This document shows, piece after piece, positions 14,146-19,757 of a stretch of DNA of 19,757 bases. Made by a program: the position numbers and the translations under genes. Each line of letters begins with the position of its first letter. Within the stretch, counting starts at the first letter, position 1. Source of the stretch: Candidatus Iainarchaeum sp. (GTDB lineage Archaea; Iainarchaeota; Iainarchaeia; Iainarchaeales; GCA-2688035); NCBI GenBank assembly GCA_028713935.1, contig JAQTNI010000024.1:1-19757 (forward strand). The letters are read 5' to 3'. The notes under the pieces were generated by a model that was not told the DNA's origin, made no database searches, and worked only from the letters and a program-made list of their open reading frames with translations.

Positions 14146-14588
14146 TTATTTTTTTGTTTTTTTATAAGGAAGTAAAGCAATGCAATTGCCAACGCCGCGA
14201 CTATTACATAAGCAATGTATTTTTCAAGCACGAGAATGCAGAGGCCGCCAATGCCTGTTATTGCGCATGGCTCTCCCGGAGAACAGGTTCCGAAAACAAT
14301 CAGGTTGTAAATGCTGTAAGCGGAATAAGCAAGGCTCACGAAAAAAGCAATTGTAAAAATCCAGGAAAGAATCTTGAAGTTTTTATAAAAAAACCTTGCA
14401 AGAAAAGGAATGACCATTAGCTTTGAAGTAACCTTTGCCTTGATTTTTGTTTCAAGCCGGACATCACAGGGCCGAAAAGCAACCATTCTTGTAACACAAC
14501 GAAAAGCCTCTTTTGCCAATGTGCGGTAATTTGCAGACCAGATGCTCAAAACAGAGAAAACCAGCAATGCGACAATGCACAAAACCAT
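14142..14588 (-). CDS. Small integral membrane protein with paired cysteines; function unknown
   Basis: Three to four hydrophobic segments. Cys pairs occur at FRCVTRMVAFRPC and GTCSPGEPC. Its stop overlaps the methyltransferase start by 4 nt (14142-14145), and it lies 20 nt downstream of the desulfurase gene. Confidence 0.65.
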   Translation of the reverse strand: MVLCIVALLVFSVLSIWSANYRTLAKEAFRCVTRMVAFRPCDVRLETKIKAKVTSKLMVIPFLARFFYKNFKILSWIFTIAFFVSLAYSAYSIYNLIVFGTCSPGEPCAITGIGGLCILVLEKYIAYVIVAALAIALLYFLIKKQKNN

Positions 14589-14608
14589 AAAAACACCAGA
14601 AACAAAAT

Positions 14609-15823
14609 TTAGGAGAAATTTTTAATTATTGTAGAAAGATTCTCTATAAAAAGTTTCACTTCTTCTTTTGAATTGTAAAAATAAAGCGATGCCCTTACAG
14701 AGCCTTTTTTCAGGCCCAAAAACTTGTGGATTGGATAGGCGCAATGCATTCCTGAGCGTACAAAAAAATTTTTGTCATTCAGCATCAATGCAACATCATG
14801 CGGGTCCATTCCCTTTGCATTGAAAGCCGCGAGAGAGCCCCTTTTTTTGGAATCTTTTGGGCCAATCAAATCAATCTTTGGATTATTCAGCAGGCCTTCA
14901 ACAAGAATTTTTCCAAGCTCTTTTTCATAAGCCTCTATTTTCTTCATTCCAATTCCTGAAAGATAATCAATTGCAGCTCCAAGCCCGATTGCGCCTGCAT
15001 AATTCTGTATTCCTGCTTCAAGCCTTTCAGGGACTTCAGCCAAAACATGGGAATTCAAATCAGCATCAGTTATTGTTTCCCCGCCCAAAAGCATTGGATT
15101 CAGTTTTTCCAGCAAATCTTCTTTTCCATAGAGGCAGCCAATTCCTGTGGGGCCAATCATTTTATGGCCTGAAAAAGCAAGAAAATCAATTCCAAGCTGC
15201 TTAACATCAACTGGAAAATGAGGGACTGATTGTGCAGAATCTGCAAGCACAAGCGCTCCCGCATCATGGGCAATTTTTGTTATTTCTTTTAAGGGAGAAA
15301 CTGTTGCAGTTACATTCGAGGCATGGATAATTGAAACAAGCCTTGTTTTCCTGCCAATTTTTTCCTTGAACTCTTCAGGATTGAATTCGCCTTCCTTGTT
15401 GCATAAAACAAAATCAAGGGAAATTCCTTTTTCTGCTGCAACCGCGTGCCAGGGCAGCAGCCCAGAACTATGCTCAAGGTTTGTTGTAACAACCCTGTCG
15501 CCTTTTTCAAATTTTAAGGAATGTGCAACAAGGTTAATCGCTTCTGTGGCGCTTTTTGTCCAGATAATTTCATTTGGCTTTTTTGCATTCACAAATTTTG
15601 CGGCTTTTGCGCGTGCCTTTGCAAATTCTTCTTCTGTCCTTTTTGCAAATTTATGAACAGACCTTCCTGCACAGCCAGTGTAATCCGAATAATAAGAATT
15701 CATTGCATCAAGCACAGGCTTTGGCTTGAGAGAAGTGCAGGCAGAATCAAGATAAGCAAAAGGCTTTCCATTAACCTGCTTCTGCAAAACAGGAAAGTCA
15801 CTGCGGATTTTTTCAATATTCAT
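14609..15823 (-). CDS. sufS: Cysteine desulfurase, class V aminotransferase, SufS/CsdA-like (group II)
   Basis: The PLP lysine motif is FSGHKMIGPTGIGCLYG and the active-site Cys loop is RSGMHCA (group II RxGHHCA-like). The N-terminus IRSDFPVL is typical. I start at ATG 15823 (M8 of the track ORF, which begins at a TTG). Confidence 0.85.
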   Translation of the reverse strand: MNIEKIRSDFPVLQKQVNGKPFAYLDSACTSLKPKPVLDAMNSYYSDYTGCAGRSVHKFAKRTEEEFAKARAKAAKFVNAKKPNEIIWTKSATEAINLVAHSLKFEKGDRVVTTNLEHSSGLLPWHAVAAEKGISLDFVLCNKEGEFNPEEFKEKIGRKTRLVSIIHASNVTATVSPLKEITKIAHDAGALVLADSAQSVPHFPVDVKQLGIDFLAFSGHKMIGPTGIGCLYGKEDLLEKLNPMLLGGETITDADLNSHVLAEVPERLEAGIQNYAGAIGLGAAIDYLSGIGMKKIEAYEKELGKILVEGLLNNPKIDLIGPKDSKKRGSLAAFNAKGMDPHDVALMLNDKNFFVRSGMHCAYPIHKFLGLKKGSVRASLYFYNSKEEVKLFIENLSTIIKNFS

Positions 15824-15860
15824 ATTACTCTTAAATAATAGCAAAACAAAGAATTAAATA

Positions 15861-16030
15861 AAAAAGCTTTTTCTCTAAAAGAGAGAAACCTCGTTGCAAA
15901 CCAAAGGATTTGCGACGCGTCGCAAAGCTTCCTTAAAAACCATGGGTTTTTGAGGCGTCGTAAAAGCTTTGCTTTTACAACGTGCTTTGCAACGTGGAAA
16001 AAGAGCTTTTGCTACGCAAAAGGATTTACG
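15861..16030. promoter_or_regulatory. Dense array of palindromes and hairpins plus a repeated TTTGCNACG motif in the divergent sufS / asnB-dph6 spacer
   Basis: Palindromes and hairpins:
- AAAAAGCTTTTT, 15861-15872
- TTCTCT-n5-AGAGAA, 15871-15887
- perfect 18-bp palindrome TTTGCGACGCGTCGCAAA, 15909-15926
- AAAAACC-ATG-GGTTTTT, 15935-15951
- CGTCGTAAAAGC-TTT-GCTTTTACAACG, 15956-15982

The 9-mer TTTGCNACG or its complement occurs at 15892, 15909, 15918, 15986 and 16008, with degenerate copies at 15956 and 15974. AAAGGATTTRCG repeats at 15903 and 16019. Confidence 0.6.
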
Positions 16031-16119
16031 CATATTCATGAATTACAACAAAACTGCTTTTTGACAAAAAGACCAAAAAACAACAAATAATTAAAGGAAT
16101 TGCCCTGCAAAGCTTTTGT

Positions 16120-18309
16120 ATGTGTGGCATTGCAGGCTTTTTCGGTTTTGAAGATAGTTTTGAAAAAGCGAGAAAAGCTGTTTTTGAAATAAGGGAAAGG
16201 GGAATTGACGGCTTTGGTTTCAGCAATGGCAGGCAAATTGTTTTTGAAAAAGAACTTGAAAAAATTCCTGTTTTGGAAGGAAAAAATTGTGTTGCCCATT
16301 GCCTGCACAGCCTTGTTGGATTTGTTTCCCAGCCTTTGAAAGGGAAAGGCCTTCTTATTGCAAACTGTGAAATTTATAATTGGAAAGAATTGAATGAAAA
16401 AAATGGTTTTGGCGCAAAAAATGATGCGGAATTGCTCTTGAAATTGATTGAAAAAAATGGCTTGGGAAAAATAAAAGAAACTTTGGAAGAACTGGACGGG
16501 ACTTATGCATTTGCTTATTGGCTTGGAGGCAAGGTTATTATTGCAAGAGACCTGCTTGGGATAAAGCCATTGAATTATTCTCTGGAGAAGGGATTCGCGT
16601 TTGCATCTGAAAGGAAAGCTTTGGAAGCGGCGGGAATTTCCGGAATAATTGATTTGAATCCGAGGCAGATTCTGGAATTCAATATTAAAACAAAAAAAAT
16701 CCGCATAATAAAAAGAAATTTTTTTGAAACAGCGGAAAAAAAATTTTCTGAAAAAGAGGCAGTGGAAAAATTGCTTTCTGTTTTAGGCGAAGCTGTTAAA
16801 AAAAGGGTTCCTGAAAAAAAATTTGGATTGCTTTTTTCAGGGGGAATTGATTCAACTGCAATTGCGTTGATTCTGAAAAGGCTTGGCTGTGATTTCAAAT
16901 GCTATTTTGCTTTTGCGGAAGGAAAAGAGCTTGGAATTCCGAGGGACATTGCTTTTGCAAAAAAAATTTCTGAAACACTGGGCTTGAAACTGGAAATTGT
17001 TCCTGCAAGCATGGAAAAAACAGAAGAATGCCTGAAAAAAATTGTGCCTTTGATTGAAAGCTCAAATCCAATGAAAGCGGGAGTTGCATTGCCCTTCTTT
17101 GTGGCATGTGAAAAGGCAAGGGCAGACGGGATAAAAGCAATGTTTTCCGGGCTGGGTTCTGATGAATTGTTTGCCGGCTACAAAAGGTTTTCGCGTTCAA
17201 ATGACCTGAACGAGGATTCAAGGAATTTGCTGCTGCAGATGTATGAGAATGATTTTTACAGGGACGATATTGTGCTTATGCACCACAACATTGAATTGCG
17301 GCTTCCTTTTCTTGACAAAAAGGTGGTTGAATTTGCATTGCAATTGCCAAGGGAGCTGAAGATTAAGGGGAAAACAAACAAGCTTGTCCTGAGAAAAGCA
17401 GCTGAGTCAATTGGCCTGCCGGAAGAATTTGCTTTCAGGGGAAAAACTTCTGCGCAGTATGGAAGCAATTTTGACAAGGCAATTGAAAAAATTGCTCGGA
17501 AAAAAGGCTTCGGGCAGAAAACTGTTTTTTTGAATTCCCTTGCAAAAAAAAAGAACCTTAAACTGGGAGTGCTTTTTTCAGGCGGCAAGGACAGCTGCCT
17601 TGCGCTCTGGCTAATGAAACAGCAGAACTATGAAATTTCGTGCCTAATTTCAATGCAGTCAAAAAACCAGGATTCGTTCATGTTCCATAAGCCGGATGGA
17701 AAAATATTGAAAATGCAGTCAGAGGCATCAGGAATCCCGATTGTAATCGGCGCTACAAAAGGCGAAAAGGAAAAAGAACTGCTTGATTTTAAAAAAACAA
17801 TTGTCACTGCAAAAAAAAAATTCTGCTTGGATGGAATTGTTTCAGGCGCTGTTTACAGCAATTACCAGCGAAAAAGAATACAGGCAATTGCAGAAGAGCT
17901 TGGCTTGAAGGTTTTTTCGCCTCTCTGGCACTGGAAACAAGGCGATGTGCTGAAAACTTTGCTGAACTGGAAATTTGAATTTGTTTTGTCAAAAATTGCC
18001 GCAAAAGGCCTTGATGAAAAAATTTTGGGAAAAACAATTTTTTGGAAGGAAACTAATTTTTTGCTCAATCTGGAGAAAAAAACAGGCTTCAATGCGGCGG
18101 GAGAAGGCGGGGAATTTGAAAGCATTATATTGGATGCGCCTTTTTTCAAAAAGAAAATTTTGCTTGGTGAAACCGCAAAAAAAATGAGGAACGAATGCAC
18201 AGGGGAATTGCTGATAAAAAAGGCTTTTTTTGTTGAAAAAAACTTTTTCGAAGCGCTCGCAGATGCTCGCTTTCAAAAAGTTTACAAAAAAAATGCTTCT
18301 AAATTATGA
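16120..18309 (+). CDS. Fusion protein: AsnB-like class II glutamine amidotransferase + asparagine-synthetase PP-loop domain + Dph6/DUF71 (MJ0570-like, diphthine-ammonia-ligase family) PP-loop domain
   Basis: The N-terminal MCGIAGF provides the Ntn Cys2. NCEIYN and NDAELLL are also present. FSGGIDSTAIA is the AsnB PP-loop. From about aa 486 the sequence reads LGVLFSGGKDSCLALW...FMFH...GIVSGAVYSNYQRKRI...SPLW...GEGGEFESIILDAPFF, which matches the DUF71/ATP_bind_4 pattern. It is a single open frame of 729 aa. Confidence 0.88.
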   Translation: MCGIAGFFGFEDSFEKARKAVFEIRERGIDGFGFSNGRQIVFEKELEKIPVLEGKNCVAHCLHSLVGFVSQPLKGKGLLIANCEIYNWKELNEKNGFGAKNDAELLLKLIEKNGLGKIKETLEELDGTYAFAYWLGGKVIIARDLLGIKPLNYSLEKGFAFASERKALEAAGISGIIDLNPRQILEFNIKTKKIRIIKRNFFETAEKKFSEKEAVEKLLSVLGEAVKKRVPEKKFGLLFSGGIDSTAIALILKRLGCDFKCYFAFAEGKELGIPRDIAFAKKISETLGLKLEIVPASMEKTEECLKKIVPLIESSNPMKAGVALPFFVACEKARADGIKAMFSGLGSDELFAGYKRFSRSNDLNEDSRNLLLQMYENDFYRDDIVLMHHNIELRLPFLDKKVVEFALQLPRELKIKGKTNKLVLRKAAESIGLPEEFAFRGKTSAQYGSNFDKAIEKIARKKGFGQKTVFLNSLAKKKNLKLGVLFSGGKDSCLALWLMKQQNYEISCLISMQSKNQDSFMFHKPDGKILKMQSEASGIPIVIGATKGEKEKELLDFKKTIVTAKKKFCLDGIVSGAVYSNYQRKRIQAIAEELGLKVFSPLWHWKQGDVLKTLLNWKFEFVLSKIAAKGLDEKILGKTIFWKETNFLLNLEKKTGFNAAGEGGEFESIILDAPFFKKKILLGETAKKMRNECTGELLIKKAFFVEKNFFEALADARFQKVYKKNASKL

Positions 18310-18364
18310 TAAAAAAAATCAAATTTCTTATTCGTTTTAATGCTTTTTGGTTTTACTGTATAAC

Positions 18365-19480
18365 ATGACTCCCGAAGCTGTTTTGCTCGCTGTACTGGCC
18401 ACTCCCCCCCTGAAATGGCTGCTTTTTTTTGCATGCGTAATTGTTTCGATAATGCTTGGAAAACTTGTTGATTTTATTATCGGGCGCTGGGTAAGGGTGC
18501 TGGCAAAAAGAAATCCCCTTGGGCCAAGGCATTTGAATGAAATTATTTTCAGGATTCTTGAAAAGCCGCTCTGGCTAATTTTTGTCGTAATCGGGTTTTT
18601 GATTGGCCTTGGATTCCTTAACCTTCCTGCAGAAACGCTCAGGCTTGTAAACCAGACAATTGTGGTAGTGGTAATTCTCATAATTACCTGGATAATTGTA
18701 AGGACAGTTGATTTTGTCCTAAAAGGCTATCTGGCGCCAATTGCCAAAAATGCTGGTGCAAAAATTGACGAGCAATTTTTGCCAATCCTCAGCAAAATAA
18801 TAAAAATAATTGTGATTGTCATTGCAATTGCCGCAATTGGGGGGAGCCTTGGATATGATTTGACTGCTGTTTTTGCAGGCCTTGGAATTGGGGGCTTGGC
18901 AATTGCTTTTGCTGCGCAGGCAACAATTGCCGATGTTTTTGGGGGGTTCAGCATTTTCACTAGCAAGCATTATGCTGTTGGGGATGTTATTGATTATGAG
19001 GACGAGGTTTTTGGCCTGCAGGTTGAGCAAATCGGCCTGAGATACACTTATTTCAGGGACTACAACGGGAGAAGAGTGATAATCCCGAATTCAAAGATTG
19101 CAAGCATGCCCATAACAAATATTTCTTCTGAAAAAAAAATCCGCACAGTCCTGAATCTTGTGCTTGGATTTGACACTTCAATGAAAAAAATCGACAGGGC
19201 AAAAAAAATCATAAGGGAAGTAATTGAAAATGAAAAGAGCTGTGACAAAAACCCGGAAATATCCTTTTCGGATTTTAAGGAGTGCGGAATAAACATCCAG
19301 GCTGCATATTACATTAATGACAAAAAAAAATTTTCGCAGGCAAGGGATTCCGTAAATTCCAGGATTAAAAATTGTTTTGACAAGGAAAAAATATTTTTTG
19401 CTTTGCAGGGAAGGGCAGCGTCAAGCCAGGCTGATTTTGGCGTGGGAGCCAATGTGCAAAAAAAAATTATTGATAATTGA
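18365..19480 (+). CDS. MscS-family small-conductance mechanosensitive channel
   Basis: N-terminal TM helices, then a pore-helix/beta-domain signature: GIGGLAIAFAAQATIADVFGGFSIFTSKHYAVGDVI...GLQVEQIGLRYTYFRDYNGRRVIIPNS. I start at ATG 18365 (the track ORF begins at TTG 18347). Confidence 0.85.
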   Translation: MTPEAVLLAVLATPPLKWLLFFACVIVSIMLGKLVDFIIGRWVRVLAKRNPLGPRHLNEIIFRILEKPLWLIFVVIGFLIGLGFLNLPAETLRLVNQTIVVVVILIITWIIVRTVDFVLKGYLAPIAKNAGAKIDEQFLPILSKIIKIIVIVIAIAAIGGSLGYDLTAVFAGLGIGGLAIAFAAQATIADVFGGFSIFTSKHYAVGDVIDYEDEVFGLQVEQIGLRYTYFRDYNGRRVIIPNSKIASMPITNISSEKKIRTVLNLVLGFDTSMKKIDRAKKIIREVIENEKSCDKNPEISFSDFKECGINIQAAYYINDKKKFSQARDSVNSRIKNCFDKEKIFFALQGRAASSQADFGVGANVQKKIIDN

Positions 19481-19757
19481 TGCTTATGGCATTGCACAAG
19501 GCATTGGGCCTTTTCAATCTTACAATGTACGGCGTTGGAATAATTGTAGGCGCCGGAATTTATGTCCTGATGGGGCAGGCTGCAGGCATTGCCGGCAATG
19601 GAGTGTGGATGAGTTTCCTGCTTGGCGCAATAATTGCCTCTTTTACGGGGCTGAGCTATGCGGAACTCAGCTCTGCCTATCCTGGAGCAAGCGGCGAAGT
19701 GAATTATTTGAAGCACGCTTTCGGAAAAGACTGGCTTGCTTTTTTGATTGGCTGGCT
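19480..19757 (+). CDS. Partial APC-superfamily amino acid permease (N-terminus only; runs off the right edge)
   Basis: Missing from the ORF track because it is edge-truncated. My translation from ATG 19480, which overlaps the mscS stop as TGATG, is MLMALHKALGLFNLTMYGVGIIVGAGIYVLMGQAAGIAGNGVWMSFLLGAIIASFTGLSYAELSSAYPGASGEVNYLKHAFGKDWLAFLIGW. This is a typical APC TM1-TM2 pattern. Confidence 0.75.
   Translation, partial: MLMALHKALGLFNLTMYGVGIIVGAGIYVLMGQAAGIAGNGVWMSFLLGAIIASFTGLSYAELSSAYPGASGEVNYLKHAFGKDWLAFLIGW

Noticed and set aside
16026-16308. Minus-strand small ORFs 16026..16226 and 16036..16308 in and next to the palindromic spacer.
   Set aside because: They overlap the start of the asnB-dph6 gene in antisense. 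Their products are Lys/Phe-rich translations of A/T-rich DNA, and they have no RBS or promoter context.
19309-19716. A 135-aa minus-strand ORF at the right edge.
   Set aside because: It is antisense to an edge-truncated plus-strand frame with a clear APC-permease N-terminus.
1-19757. A scan for CRISPR arrays, IS or transposon ends, integrases, toxin-antitoxin pairs or known defence genes.
   Set aside because: I saw no regularly spaced direct repeats, no terminal inverted repeats flanking a transposase-like ORF, and no recognisable defence or mobility protein motifs.

Overview
This is an AT-rich window of archaeal type, most consistent with a small-genome DPANN-like archaeon. Three things support that: a class-I tRNA-Tyr with C1:G72/A73 and an intron at 37/38, a Dph6/DUF71 diphthamide-type PP-loop domain, and TATA-like AT boxes together with GGAGG-type ribosome-binding sites. 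The lineage call is inference, and every call rests on motif recognition by eye because no searches were run.

Gene order, left to right:
- a partial wHTH regulator (-);
- a 1455-aa Cys-rich secreted repeat protein and a 366-aa secreted, C-terminally anchored protein (+);
- tRNA-Tyr(GUA) interrupted by a 176-nt, highly structured intron;
- a small polybasic Cys-loop protein, an MBL-fold hydrolase and a DEAD-box helicase (-);
- a tightly coupled 3-gene operon of two Ddl-like ATP-grasp ligases plus a lysine-2,3-aminomutase (+);
- a convergent minus-strand string: SufS-like desulfurase, Cys-containing membrane protein, DPPRF methyltransferase, small radical-SAM/SPASM-like enzyme;
- an AsnB-like amidotransferase fused to a Dph6/DUF71 domain;
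- an MscS-family channel and a partial APC permease.

I saw no CRISPR array, rRNA, transposase or integrase.

The best candidates for something undescribed:
1. the ATP-grasp x2 + KamA operon, a possible beta-lysine ligation pathway with no AblB or EpmA partner;
2. the GATase + two PP-loop domain fusion (AsnB-Dph6);
3. the long-intron tRNA-Tyr with a non-canonical elbow;
4. a dense palindrome and 9-mer motif array in the sufS/asnB-dph6 divergent spacer.

Several ORF-track starts look over-extended, and two edge-truncated genes are missing from the track.
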